From the NCBI GenBank assembly GCA_965199715.1, contig OZ241322.1:704001-768000 (forward strand): 64,000 bases of DNA, in the 5' to 3' direction. This stretch comes from Vicinamibacteria bacterium. GTDB lineage: Bacteria > Acidobacteriota > Vicinamibacteria > Marinacidobacterales > Marinacidobacteraceae. Numbering within the stretch: position 1 is the first letter of the stretch; each line of letters begins with the position of its first letter. Under the pieces are notes generated by a model, which saw only the letters and a program-made list of their open reading frames with translations, searched no databases and was not told the DNA's origin. This document shows positions 9,311 through 20,575 of the stretch, piece by piece. Made by a program: the position numbers and the translations under genes.

Positions 9311-11136
9311 GCGGTGGGGCTCGACTTCAGCACTTCCACGAACGCCGACTGCGGGATCTGGACGTTCCCCACCTGCTTCATCCGCCGCTTGCCTTCCTTC
9401 TGGCGCTCGAGCAGCTTGCGCTTGCGGCTCACGTCGCCGCCATAGCACTTGGCGGTGACGTCCTTGCGCAGGGCGCGGATGTTGGTGCGGGCGATGATCT
9501 TCCCGCCGATGGCCCCCTGGATCGCGATCTTGAAGTTGTGCATCGGGATCACTTCGGCGAGCCGCTCGCAGTAGCGCAGCGCCCGGGGGCGCGCCTTCTC
9601 GACGTGGACGAGCTGCGAGAGCGCGTCCACCCGCTCCTGGTTCACGAGGATGTCCACCTTGACCAGTTCGGTCGGGCGGTAGTCGAGCAGCTCGTAGTCG
9701 TAGCTGCCGTACCCCCGCGACACCGTCTTCAGCCGGTCGTGGAAGTCGAACAGCACTTCCGCGAGCGGAAGCTCGGCGACGATCTCGATGCGCCGGCTGG
9801 AGCGGTAGTGCATCCGCGTGGCCCCGGCGCGGCGCTCGCCGAGGAGCTCCATGATCGCGCCGACGGCGCGCTCGGGGGCCAGCACGTTGGCCCGGATCCA
9901 CGGCTCCTCGGCGCCGCGTATCTGCGCCGGGTCGGGGTAGAGCGCCGGGTTCTCGACCTCGTGGACCGCGCCGTCGCCGGTCGTGATCCGGTAGCGGACG
10001 CTCGGCGCCGAGATGAGCAGCGAGAGTCCGTGCTCGCGCTGGAGGCGCTCCTGGACCACGTCGAGATGCAGGAGGCCGAGGAACCCGCAGCGGAACCCGA
10101 AGCCGAGCGCGTTCGAAGAATCGCGTTCGTACACGAGCGCCGGGTCGTTCAGCGCGAGGCGATCGAGGCCCGACTCCAGCTCGCTGTAGTCGTCGGTGGA
10201 GATCGGGTAGAGCGAGCTGAACACCACCGGCTTCGCCTCGCGGTAGCCGGGCAGCGACTCCGGCGCCGCGCGGTCGGCGTCCGTCACGGTGTCGCCGATC
10301 GCGATGTCGCGGATGTTGCGGATGCCGCAGATCGCGTACCCCACCGCCCCCGAGCGAAGCTCGGCGATCCGTTTCCGCCGTAGGCGGATGAGCCCGACCT
10401 CCTCGACGGCGTATTCCTTCGCCGAGTGCATCAGGCGCACGCGAGAGCCGGGACGAATGGTTCCGTCCACGACCCGCAGCAGCAGCACGACCCCGCGGTA
10501 GGCGTCGTAGGAGGCGTCGAAGATGAGCGCCCGCAGCGGCGCGTCGGGATCGCCGCCCGGCGGCGGGAAGCGCTCGACGACCGCCTCGAGCACGTCGTCC
10601 ACCCCGTCCCCGCGCTTCGCCGACGCGAGGACCGCGCCGAAGGGGTCCAGCCCCAGCTCGTCGTCGATCTCCTCGCGCACGCGCTCCGGGTCCGCCGCGG
10701 GGAGGTCGATCTTGTTGATCACCGGCACGAGCGCGAGGTCGTATTCCATGGCCACGAAGAAGTTGGCCACGGTCTGGGCCTCGACGCCCTGCGAGGCGTC
10801 CACGAGCAGCAGCGCTCCCTCGCAGGACATGAGCGACCGGCGCACCTCGTGGGAGAAGTCCACGTGGCCCGGGGTGTCGATCAGGTTCAGCAGGTACTTC
10901 CGGCCGTCCGCCGCCGTGTGCTGCAGCGTGACGCTGTTCGACTTGATCGTGATGCCGCGCTCGCGCTCCAGTTCCATGGAATCGAGCAACTGGTCGCGGA
11001 ACTCCCGCTCGGCGACCCCGCCGCAACGCTGGATCAGCCGGTCCGCCAGCGTGGACTTGCCATGGTCCACGTGCGCGATGATGCAGAAGTTCCGAATCCG
11101 CTCCCTCGGGAAGGCTTCCGCCGGCGCGGAGGGCAA
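9307..11136 (-). CDS. lepA: Translation elongation factor 4
   Basis: IRNFCIIAHVDHGKSTLAD, CGFLGLLH and KCYGGDVSRKRKLL motifs. Confidence 0.97.
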   Translation of the reverse strand: MPSAPAEAFPRERIRNFCIIAHVDHGKSTLADRLIQRCGGVAEREFRDQLLDSMELERERGITIKSNSVTLQHTAADGRKYLLNLIDTPGHVDFSHEVRRSLMSCEGALLLVDASQGVEAQTVANFFVAMEYDLALVPVINKIDLPAADPERVREEIDDELGLDPFGAVLASAKRGDGVDDVLEAVVERFPPPGGDPDAPLRALIFDASYDAYRGVVLLLRVVDGTIRPGSRVRLMHSAKEYAVEEVGLIRLRRKRIAELRSGAVGYAICGIRNIRDIAIGDTVTDADRAAPESLPGYREAKPVVFSSLYPISTDDYSELESGLDRLALNDPALVYERDSSNALGFGFRCGFLGLLHLDVVQERLQREHGLSLLISAPSVRYRITTGDGAVHEVENPALYPDPAQIRGAEEPWIRANVLAPERAVGAIMELLGERRAGATRMHYRSSRRIEIVAELPLAEVLFDFHDRLKTVSRGYGSYDYELLDYRPTELVKVDILVNQERVDALSQLVHVEKARPRALRYCERLAEVIPMHNFKIAIQGAIGGKIIARTNIRALRKDVTAKCYGGDVSRKRKLLERQKEGKRRMKQVGNVQIPQSAFVEVLKSSPTA

Positions 11137-11137
11137 C

Positions 11138-12910
11138 TCAGGGGCGCGCCGCGGGGACGAGCGTGAACTCGAGCCGCTCGCCGTCCCGCAGCACGACGAC
11201 CCGAATCGGCTCGCCGATGCGGGCGGCCTCGAGGGCGTTCATGTAGTCGTAGATGTTGAGGACCGCCGTCCCGTCGAACTCGACCACGACGTCGCCCTGC
11301 CGCAGGCCGGCCTTCTCGGCGGGACCGCCCGCCATCACCCCGCCGAGCAGGAGTCCCTCGACCTCGGTGGCGTACTCCGGAATCGTGCCCGTATAGACCC
11401 GCGCTGCGGCCCGGGAGGGCGCTTCCTCGGCGGTCCGCTCCACCCGGATGAACTCCGGAACCGGATCGGTCGCGGCGACCCGGCGGGCGACGAGACCGGC
11501 GAAGCGGGAGACTCGCGACAGGTCCTCGTAGTTGAGCTTGTCGGCGGTGTCGCTCGGCTTGTGGTAATCCTCGTGGACGCCGGTGAAGAGGTTCAGCGTC
11601 GGAATCCCCGCGCCGTTGAAGGCGGACGAGTCGGTGGGCAGCCACGGGTCGTCGCTCAGCGCCAGATCGAACCCGGCGGGGACGTTCGCCGCCTCGACGA
11701 TTCCCGGCCAGACGGGCGACGACCCCATCGCCTGCACCACGAGGCGGTTCTCGCGCATTCGGCCGACCATGTCGAGGTTCACGTAGGCGGCGACGTCCTC
11801 CGGCTCGAGGACGTTCCGGACGAAGGCGTTCGAACCGAGCAGTCCAGACTCCTCCCCCGACCAGAACGCGACCATCAGCGGCCGCTCCAGAGGGGCGGCG
11901 GCGACCGCCCGCGCCAGCGCGAGCGCCGCAGCGGTTCCCGAGGCGTTGTCGTCCGCGCCCGGATGCACGGCGGCGGGGCCGTGCGGGTCGAGCGAGCCGG
12001 ATCCGCCCATGCCGAGATGGTCGTAGTGCGCTCCGACGACGACCCACGGCGGCGAGAGATCGCCGGACGCGGACGGAAGGAGGCCGGCGACGTTCGCTCC
12101 GGACGAGCGGTTGCGCCGGAGCCGGACGTCCAGCACCGCGGTCCCCGGAAGCGGGAAGGAGCCCGCGGTCGGGTCTCCCCCGTCGAGGTGGTCCTGGATC
12201 TCGCCGACCGAGTAGCCGCTGCCGGCGAAGAGCCGGTCGCCGGCGGCGCCGTCCACCGAGACCGCGGCGATTCCCTGGGTTCCCGGCGCGGCGACGTCGA
12301 ACCCGCCGCTCACGAGGCTGCCGGGATTCGCCGAGCGCGGCCCAGTGAGAATCACGAGGCCGACCGCGCCGAGGTCCCTCGCGGCGGCCGCCTTCGCCCG
12401 GAGGCTCGCGCCCCGGTTCAGCGCGGCTCGCGTCTCGTCGGGGACGTCTTCCGGGAAGTAGCGCAGCGCGACCACCACGTTCCCCTCGACCTCGAGCCCG
12501 GCGAAGCTGTCGTACGCGACCGGAGCGTTTTCCGGGAGCCGGATCCCGTAGCCGGCGAACACGACGCCGCCGCGAACCTCGCCCGACTCCGAGAACGCGA
12601 GCGCCCGCACCTGGTCCGAACCGAAGCGCTGGTGGCCGCCGACCCGGAAGGACGACCCCTCGTCCTCGACGCCGGACACGAACTCGAAGGGAACCGCGAG
12701 GTCGCCTCGTCCGGGGACGGGGCGCGCGCCCATGGCCTCCAGCTCGGCGACCAGATACCGCCGCGCCTGCGCCGCGCCCTCGCTGCCGACGGCCCGCCCG
12801 GCGGTCCCGGGGGCGGTCAGCGCGAGCACGTCCGTGCGCACCTCGTCGGGGGTCTGGGCGAAGGCGGCGGAAGCGAGGCCCGCCGCGAGCGGGAGGGTCA
12901 TGGACTTCAT
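11138..12910 (-). CDS. M28 family aminopeptidase with PA and C-terminal PDZ domains
   Basis: GAHYDHLG, GADDNASG, SGEESGLLGS, NLDMVGR and YHKPSD motifs; PDZ-like GGPAEKAGLRQGDVV. Confidence 0.9.
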   Translation of the reverse strand: MKSMTLPLAAGLASAAFAQTPDEVRTDVLALTAPGTAGRAVGSEGAAQARRYLVAELEAMGARPVPGRGDLAVPFEFVSGVEDEGSSFRVGGHQRFGSDQVRALAFSESGEVRGGVVFAGYGIRLPENAPVAYDSFAGLEVEGNVVVALRYFPEDVPDETRAALNRGASLRAKAAAARDLGAVGLVILTGPRSANPGSLVSGGFDVAAPGTQGIAAVSVDGAAGDRLFAGSGYSVGEIQDHLDGGDPTAGSFPLPGTAVLDVRLRRNRSSGANVAGLLPSASGDLSPPWVVVGAHYDHLGMGGSGSLDPHGPAAVHPGADDNASGTAAALALARAVAAAPLERPLMVAFWSGEESGLLGSNAFVRNVLEPEDVAAYVNLDMVGRMRENRLVVQAMGSSPVWPGIVEAANVPAGFDLALSDDPWLPTDSSAFNGAGIPTLNLFTGVHEDYHKPSDTADKLNYEDLSRVSRFAGLVARRVAATDPVPEFIRVERTAEEAPSRAAARVYTGTIPEYATEVEGLLLGGVMAGGPAEKAGLRQGDVVVEFDGTAVLNIYDYMNALEAARIGEPIRVVVLRDGERLEFTLVPAARP

Positions 12911-14025
12911 CGGGCCGGGGCCTCCGCGAGGGCGGCGAGGGCGGCCTCGTGGTTCCAGTCGGCGAGGTAAATCTGGCCCCCGTCGCCGCCGCCGTGCCGG
13001 GTGGAAGTCCACGAGAGGCCATCGCCGTTGGGCGTGGGCACCGGCAGTCCGTCGAACCCGTCCGTGGTCGTGATCCGCACCGGCTCCTTCGTCCCCTCGA
13101 CGTCCACGACGAACACCTCGAAATTCGAGAAGCCGTGCTTGTTCGAGGCGAAGAGCACGTACTCGCCGGACGGATGGACGTACGGCGCCCAGCTCATGGA
13201 TCCGAAGTCGGTCAGCTTGCGCTGGTCGCTCCCGTCGGCGGCCATGCTCCAGATGTCGGCGGTGAGGCCGTCCTCCGAGAACCGCCGCCAGATGATCCGG
13301 GAGCCGTCGGGGAAGTAGAACGGGCCGCCGTCGTACCCCGGAACGTGGGTCAGCCGCTCCTTCGCGCTCCCGTCGGCGCGCATCCGCCAGATTTCTCCGA
13401 AATAGGCCGGGTCGATTTCGGCGAGGCGCCGCTCTCGGTCGGTGAGTCCCGGCGCGAACTGCTCGCGCAGCGAGGTGAAGACGATCCACTCCCCATCCGG
13501 CGAATAGCTGGCCTCGGCGTCGTAGCCCACGGCGTCGGTGAGGCGCACGAGCTCGCCCGTGTCCCGTCGCTCGACGAACACGTCCATCGAAGCGTCGTAG
13601 TCCCACTCGTAGCGCCGCTCCCGGCCGCTCTCCCGGAACTCGATCTCCTCGCGCTGCAGTTCCTCGGCGCGCGGATCCTCGTGGGTGGAGCCGAACAGGA
13701 TGTCGCCGCTGGCCGGGTTGACGAACGCGCAGGTGGTCTTCCCGATTCCCGGCGACACCCGCCGGACGTCGCCGGTCACGAGCGACAGCAGGTAGATCTG
13801 GTAGAACGGGTTTCCCGGCTCCCGCTCCGACTGGAAGACCATCTGGGTCCCGTCGGCGGAGAAATACCCCTCCCCGGCGCGTCGCCCCTCGACCGTGAGC
13901 CGGCGGATCCGGTCCAGAAAGCGGGACTCGTCCGGCTCTTCGGCGAGCGCGGGCGGCTCCGCTGCGAAAAGAAGCAGGAGTGCGATAAGCACGCGGCCGG
14001 GGTACCGCCGCGACGACTGGATCAT
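12907..14025 (-). CDS. TolB-like PD40 beta-propeller protein
   Basis: Repeated YFSADG / YSPDG / FPDG / HPSG PD40 units; signal-like N-terminus. Confidence 0.85.
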   Translation of the reverse strand: MIQSSRRYPGRVLIALLLLFAAEPPALAEEPDESRFLDRIRRLTVEGRRAGEGYFSADGTQMVFQSEREPGNPFYQIYLLSLVTGDVRRVSPGIGKTTCAFVNPASGDILFGSTHEDPRAEELQREEIEFRESGRERRYEWDYDASMDVFVERRDTGELVRLTDAVGYDAEASYSPDGEWIVFTSLREQFAPGLTDRERRLAEIDPAYFGEIWRMRADGSAKERLTHVPGYDGGPFYFPDGSRIIWRRFSEDGLTADIWSMAADGSDQRKLTDFGSMSWAPYVHPSGEYVLFASNKHGFSNFEVFVVDVEGTKEPVRITTTDGFDGLPVPTPNGDGLSWTSTRHGGGDGGQIYLADWNHEAALAALAEAPAR

Positions 14026-14089
14026 GGAGCGAGGGGGTGCGGACCGGCCGAACGAGAGCCGGATTCTACACCGGCGCCCCCGCCCCCGA

Positions 14090-15397
14090 TCAGCGCTCGC
14101 GCGCCGGGCGCGCCCGGTACTTCTCGTAGAGATCCTGGTGGCGGTTGTCGAGCGGAACGGGAACGCCGTCGATGAACACGTGGCGCACGCCGGTCCGGAT
14201 CTCGAGCGGGTCGCCGTCCACGAGGATCAGGTTCGCCACCTTCCCCTCCTCGATCGTCCCGAAATCCTCGTCGAGACCGAACAGTCGCGCCGGCGTCACG
14301 GTGATCGCCCGGATCGCCTCGTCCCGGGGGAGTCCGTAGCCGACCGCGTGGCCCGCCTCGTACGGCAGCAGGCGCGAGTTCGCGGAACCGAACGTCGCGA
14401 ACGCCACGGTCACGCCGGCGGCGTGGAGTTCGCCGGGGGTCGTGAACGGGCGGTCGTACGGCGCGTCCTCCCCGGACGGCAGCCGCTGGGTCGGGCCGAG
14501 AATCACCGGGACGCCCTTGTCCGCGAGCAGCTCCTTCACTTCCCACGCGCCGTTCCCGCCGAGCAGGATCATCCGCACCCGCTGCTCCTCGGCGAACGCC
14601 ACCGCCTCGCGAATCTCGCGGGCCCGGTGGGCGACGACGAGGAACGGCATGTCCCCGTCGAGCACGGGACCGAGCGCCTCGAGCCGCAGGTCGCGCCGCG
14701 CGGTTCCGGCCTCGACCTCGGCGGCGTGACGGCGCGCCGCCGCCAGCACGTCGGCGAGTTCGGCGACCGCCTTGCGGTACGCCTCGTCGGCCTCGCGGAA
14801 GGGCCGCCGCTCCACTTGGAACGTCTGCATGTTGAAGGAGCGGGTGTTTCGGTCGGGCCACACGAGGACCATTCCGGCCGACGGCTGGATCCCCATCTCC
14901 TCGACCGTCCACCCGTCGAGGTTCACGATGGAGGCCTGGCCGGTGATCCCCGCGCCGCCGCGCCCGCCGATTCCTCCGGGAGCCACGACGGCGTGGGTGA
15001 TCCCGTTCGCCCGCGCGACCGGGAGATGCTCGCTCGCCGGGTGGACCGCGGTCGCGACCCGAAGGTGCGGGTTCATCTCGCCGAGCTCGGTCGTGTCCAC
15101 GGTGGCCGCGATCGCGCCGATCTCGGTGAGGCCGAGCTGGCTCACCGAATCCATCATGCCGGGATAGACGTGAAGGCCGGTCGCGTCGAGCCGCTCGGCG
15201 ACCTCCGGCGCGGCGACGTCCCCGATGGCGACGATCCGACCGTCGCGGATGAGCACCGAGGCGTCCTCGAGCGGCGCCTCGCCCTCGACCAGCGTATGGA
15301 CCGTGGCCCCGGTGATGAGCCAGCCGCCCTCCTCCTGGGCCGCCGCCGGAGCCGCCAGCAGGACCGCCGCGAGCGCGACCATGGCGCGTCCGGTCAT
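14090..15397 (-). CDS. Exported amidohydrolase family protein lacking the HxH metal motif
   Basis: Signal peptide; YPGMMDSVSQLGL in place of PGxIDxHxH; C-terminal GTIEEGKVANL. Confidence 0.8.
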   Translation of the reverse strand: MTGRAMVALAAVLLAAPAAAQEEGGWLITGATVHTLVEGEAPLEDASVLIRDGRIVAIGDVAAPEVAERLDATGLHVYPGMMDSVSQLGLTEIGAIAATVDTTELGEMNPHLRVATAVHPASEHLPVARANGITHAVVAPGGIGGRGGAGITGQASIVNLDGWTVEEMGIQPSAGMVLVWPDRNTRSFNMQTFQVERRPFREADEAYRKAVAELADVLAAARRHAAEVEAGTARRDLRLEALGPVLDGDMPFLVVAHRAREIREAVAFAEEQRVRMILLGGNGAWEVKELLADKGVPVILGPTQRLPSGEDAPYDRPFTTPGELHAAGVTVAFATFGSANSRLLPYEAGHAVGYGLPRDEAIRAITVTPARLFGLDEDFGTIEEGKVANLILVDGDPLEIRTGVRHVFIDGVPVPLDNRHQDLYEKYRARPARER

Positions 15398-16698
15398 CGC
15401 CCTTCTCCCTTCGGCGCCGCGAGGCGCTCCTCGAGCTCCGCCCGCTCCCGAATCATCGCGTCGCGCATCGCCGCGTCCTTTTCCATGCTGAAGGCGATCT
15501 CGCCGTCGAGAATCGTGAACTGGTTCACCGCATAGACGCTCAGCGGGTGGCGGTCGAAGATGGCGAGATCCGCGTCCTTGCCGACCTCGATGGAGCCGAC
15601 CCGGTCGTCGATCCCAAGCTGGATCGCGGGGTTGATGGTGATCGTCGCGAGCGCCTGCTCCTCGGTCATCCCGCCCCACTTGACCGCCTTGGCCGCCTCC
15701 TGGTTCAGGTGCCGCGCCTCTTCGGCGCTGTCCGAGTTGATCGAGACGAGGACGCCGCGCTCGGCCATGAGCGCGGCGTTGTGCGGGATCGCGTCGTAGG
15801 CCTCGACCTTGTACGCCCACCAGTCGGAGAAGGTGGAGGCTCCGGCGCCGTGCTCGGCGATCTCGTCGGCGACCTTGTAGCCCTCGAGCACGTGCTGGAG
15901 GGTGGCGATCCGGACCCCGAACTCCTCGGCGACCCGCAGGAGCTGGAGGATCTCGTCCTGCCGGTAACAGTGGGCGTGGACCAGCCGCTCGCCCTCGAGA
16001 ACCTCGACCAGCGGCTCGAGCGTCAGGTTCCGCGCCGGCGGAAGCGCGCGCTCGCCCCGGGCGACCGCCTCCTCGTATGCGCTCAGACGTTCCCGATAGG
16101 CCTCGGCGTCGAGGAACGCCCGGCGGATCACGTCCACGACTCCCATGCGGGTCGCCGGATAGCGCCGCTCGACGCCCGGCGGCGTGCCGCGCGCGCGTTT
16201 CGGGTTCTCGCCGAGCGCGAACTTGATCCCCGGCGGCGCGCCGTCGAACACGAGCTCAGCGGCGGCGGCGCCCCAGCGGTGCTTGATGATGACGTTCAGC
16301 CCGCCGATCGGGTTCGCGCTGCCGTGGAGGACGTTCGAGGTCGTGACTCCGCCCGCGAGCTCGCGGTAGATGTTCACGTCGTAGGGATCCACGACGTCGC
16401 CGGTTCCGGTCATCGACGAGACCGAGACGCTGCCCTCGTTGATGGACTCCGCCGCGATGTGGGAGTGCGCGTCGATGATCCCCGGGATCACGAACATCCC
16501 CGATGCGTCGAGAATCTCCGCGCCGTCGGGACGCGACACGGTCGGGCCGACCTCGGCGATCCTCCCGTCCCGGATGAGGACCGCTCCCGGCGAGATGGTC
16601 TCGCCGATCCCGGTGAGGACCGTGCCTCCCTCCACGACGAGCTCCTGCGCCCCGGCCGGAAGCGCGGCCAGTAGCGCGAGCAGCAGTCCGATCCTCAT
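15394..16698 (-). CDS. Exported metal-dependent amidohydrolase
   Basis: PGIIDAHSH, KFALGENPK, HAHCY, INSDS and GSIEVGKDADL motifs. Confidence 0.88.
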   Translation of the reverse strand: MRIGLLLALLAALPAGAQELVVEGGTVLTGIGETISPGAVLIRDGRIAEVGPTVSRPDGAEILDASGMFVIPGIIDAHSHIAAESINEGSVSVSSMTGTGDVVDPYDVNIYRELAGGVTTSNVLHGSANPIGGLNVIIKHRWGAAAAELVFDGAPPGIKFALGENPKRARGTPPGVERRYPATRMGVVDVIRRAFLDAEAYRERLSAYEEAVARGERALPPARNLTLEPLVEVLEGERLVHAHCYRQDEILQLLRVAEEFGVRIATLQHVLEGYKVADEIAEHGAGASTFSDWWAYKVEAYDAIPHNAALMAERGVLVSINSDSAEEARHLNQEAAKAVKWGGMTEEQALATITINPAIQLGIDDRVGSIEVGKDADLAIFDRHPLSVYAVNQFTILDGEIAFSMEKDAAMRDAMIRERAELEERLAAPKGEGR

Positions 16699-17978
16699 GG
16701 CGCGTCCTCCGAGTCGGCGGGGGGACGGTGGAGCACTCCGTCCACGAAGACGGCCTCGATCATCACGTCCTCCTCGAAAAGGCCCCGGTCGGCGACCACC
16801 GCGTTGGCGATCCTCCCCGGGACGAGCGCGCCGACCCGGTCGTCGACGCCAAAAATCCGCGCCGGGCCGAGCGTGAGCGCGGTCAGCGCCGCCTCCGGGT
16901 CGAGCCCCCGCTCCACCGCGACCCGCACCCGGTCGAGGGCGTCCTCGCCGCCGCCGTAGAACGCGAAGGGCGCGCCCGCCGCATGGAGCGCCGTCGGGCC
17001 CGCCGGGGCGCGGTCGCGCCGCCGGAGCTCGCGCAGCGGCGTGACCGCCTCGGGGTCGGCGTCGCTGTCGGCTTCCGGCCAGTCCAGGTCGACGAGGACG
17101 GGCACTCCGCGCTCCGCGAGGAAACCGGCCGCCGACTCGGCCTCGTGGCCGCCGTAGAGCACCGGGCGGAGGCCCAGCTCGGCGGCGAGGCGCGCCATCC
17201 GGCGCATCTCCTTGTCGAGGTTCGCGGGAAGCAGGACGACCTGGTCTCCCGCGGCGGCCGGGCCGAGCGGACCGAGCGTCGGGTCGTAGCGCGGGCGAGC
17301 GAGCCCCGACGGATCCTCCCGGTAGAGCCGCCAGACCTCGCCGTAGTGCCCGACGTCGAGGAAGAGCTGCCGGACGTAGGCGATCACGCCCATGATCGCG
17401 CCGGGAAACGACCGATTGCGCTGGGTCTCGAGGCGGATCATGAGCGCGGCCTCGCCGGCGAGCACGAGGTCGCGCGGGTCCTCGCCGGCGAGGTTCAGCC
17501 ATGCGGCGTGACCCGACACGATCCCGCCGTTCGGAACGGACACCGCCGACGTGAATCCGGCGTTCCGGAGTCCGGCGATGCGGTCGTCGTCGACGTCGAG
17601 CAGATCGGCCGCGCGGCGGTCCGACCACGTCGCGGGGCGGTCGCCGGGGCCCCGCGACGGACCGCTCGCGGGAGCCTCGTCCGCATGGAGGCCGAGGTCG
17701 CCGAGCGCGTCCACGAGGCCGGGATACACGTGCTTCCCGCCGGCGTCGAGGATCGCCGCGCCGGGCGGGATGGACGCTTCGGGGCCGACGCCGACGATGA
17801 GTCCGTCGCGTATCACGAGCGAAGCGTCCTCGAGCACGGTCCCGTCGCCGACGTGGACCGTCCCGCCCACGATCGCGTGGGTGCCCGGCCCCCGGTCGGC
17901 CACCTGCCGGGACGAGAGCTGCGCGGACGCCGGAGCCGCGACCAGCAGCGCGAGCGGAAGCCACAGGCCTCTTTGCAT
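16695..17978 (-). CDS. Exported amidohydrolase family protein lacking the HxH metal motif
   Basis: Signal peptide; YPGLVDALGDLGL; C-terminal GALVPGRIANAVV. Confidence 0.8.
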   Translation of the reverse strand: MQRGLWLPLALLVAAPASAQLSSRQVADRGPGTHAIVGGTVHVGDGTVLEDASLVIRDGLIVGVGPEASIPPGAAILDAGGKHVYPGLVDALGDLGLHADEAPASGPSRGPGDRPATWSDRRAADLLDVDDDRIAGLRNAGFTSAVSVPNGGIVSGHAAWLNLAGEDPRDLVLAGEAALMIRLETQRNRSFPGAIMGVIAYVRQLFLDVGHYGEVWRLYREDPSGLARPRYDPTLGPLGPAAAGDQVVLLPANLDKEMRRMARLAAELGLRPVLYGGHEAESAAGFLAERGVPVLVDLDWPEADSDADPEAVTPLRELRRRDRAPAGPTALHAAGAPFAFYGGGEDALDRVRVAVERGLDPEAALTALTLGPARIFGVDDRVGALVPGRIANAVVADRGLFEEDVMIEAVFVDGVLHRPPADSEDAP

Positions 17979-18023
17979 GCCGGCAGTCTGTCCGAGCCGG
18001 GCGCGTCGGTCAAACTGACGCGG

Positions 18024-19615
18024 ATGCGGGGAGCGGCGGGCCTCATCCTCCTCCTCGCGGCCGGATGCGGAGACGGCTTCGTCCCCGACGGCGCGTGCGC
18101 CTCCTGCCACGCCCAGCAGCACGACGAGTGGTCGCGGTCGCACCACGCGCTCGCCATGCAGGAGGCCACGGAAGCCACGGTTCTCGGCGACTTCGACGAG
18201 GCCCCGTTCCTTCGCCGGGACGGGCGGTTCCTGGTGCGCGCCGACGGGAGAGAGCACGAGGTTCGTTACGCGTTCGGCGTGGAGCCGCTCCAGCAGTACC
18301 TGTTGGAGGCGCCCGACGGCCGCTTGCAGGCCTTCGGGACCGCGTGGGACACGGAAAGGGAGGAGTGGTTCGAGATCTACCCCGGCGAGACGTTCCGCCC
18401 GGGCGACTCCTTCCACTGGACCGGCTGGCGGCAGAACGCCGAGATCGGGTGCATCGAGTGCCACGTCACCGGCTTCCGGATGACGCCGGACGCCGAATGG
18501 AGCGCCCCGAACGTGGGCTGTCAGGCCTGCCACGGTCCGGCGGCCGATCACGTCGCCGATCCCGGCCCCCTCCCCCCGACTTCGGTCGAGACCTGCGCTC
18601 CGTGCCACTCGCTGCGCCGCCCGCTGCTCCCGGACCCCGCCCAAGCGGCCTTCGCCGACGCCTTCGAGCTGGAGCCGCTCGTTCCCGGCGCGTACTTTCC
18701 GGACGGGCAGATTCTCGGCGAGGTCTTCGAGTACGGCTCGTTCGTCCAGAGCCGCATGTACCGGGAGGGAGTGCGCTGCATCGATTGCCACCCGCCGCAC
18801 GGCCTCGGCGAGCGCCTCGTCGGAAACGCGCTCTGCGAGCAGTGCCACCACCCGGACGCCCCGCTCGACCGGTTCCCGACGCTCCGGGCGAAGGACTACG
18901 ACGCGCCCGCGCACCACTTCCACGAGGACGCGCGCTGCGTGGACTGCCACATGACCGAGCGGACCTACATGCAGGTGGACGGGCGGCGCGACCACAGCTT
19001 CCGCATCCCTCGCCCCGACGTCTCCGCGAAGGTCGGAAGCCCGGACGCCTGCACAAGCTGCCACGCGGACCAGAGCCAGGCGTGGGCGGCGGAGCGGATC
19101 GTCGAGTGGTACGGACCCGACCGGGAGCCGCACTTCGGCGAGGCGCTTGCGTCGGGCGGTCCCGAGGCGCTCCGGGCGCTCGCCCGGGACTCCGGCCAGC
19201 CGGAGATCGTCCGGGCGACCGCGGAACGGCTTCTCGGACGGCCCGGTCGCCCCGGAGTGGCGCGGCCGGGCTCGCCCGAAGGCCCCTTCAACCAGGGCGC
19301 GTTCCACGCCGCGTCCGGCGACCTCGAGCGGGCGGCCCGTGACTACCGCGACGCGCTCGCGATCGATCCCGGGTTCCTGCCGGCGAGCCTGAACCTCGCG
19401 GTCCTCCTCGACCGGATCGGAGAGACGGCCGGGGCCGAGAGCGTTCTCCGCGGCGCGCTCCGATTCCATCCCGACTCCGGCGACGTCCACTTCTCGCTCG
19501 CGCTCGCGCTGGCCGCGACCGGGCGGCGGGACGAAGCCCGGTCGCATCTCGACCGGGCGGCGGAGCTCCTTCCGGACGACCCCCGCGTCCGGCGCAACCG
19601 GGCGCTCCTCGGGCG

Positions 19616-19619
<4 letters not shown>
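18024..19619 (+). CDS. Multiheme c-type cytochrome (8 CxxCH) with C-terminal TPR repeats, probable lipoprotein
   Basis: CASCH, CIECH, CQACH, CAPCH, CIDCH, CEQCH, CVDCH, CTSCH; LAAGC lipobox-like motif; TPR-like tail. Confidence 0.85.
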
Positions 19620-20555
<936 letters not shown>

Positions 20556-20575
<20 letters not shown>

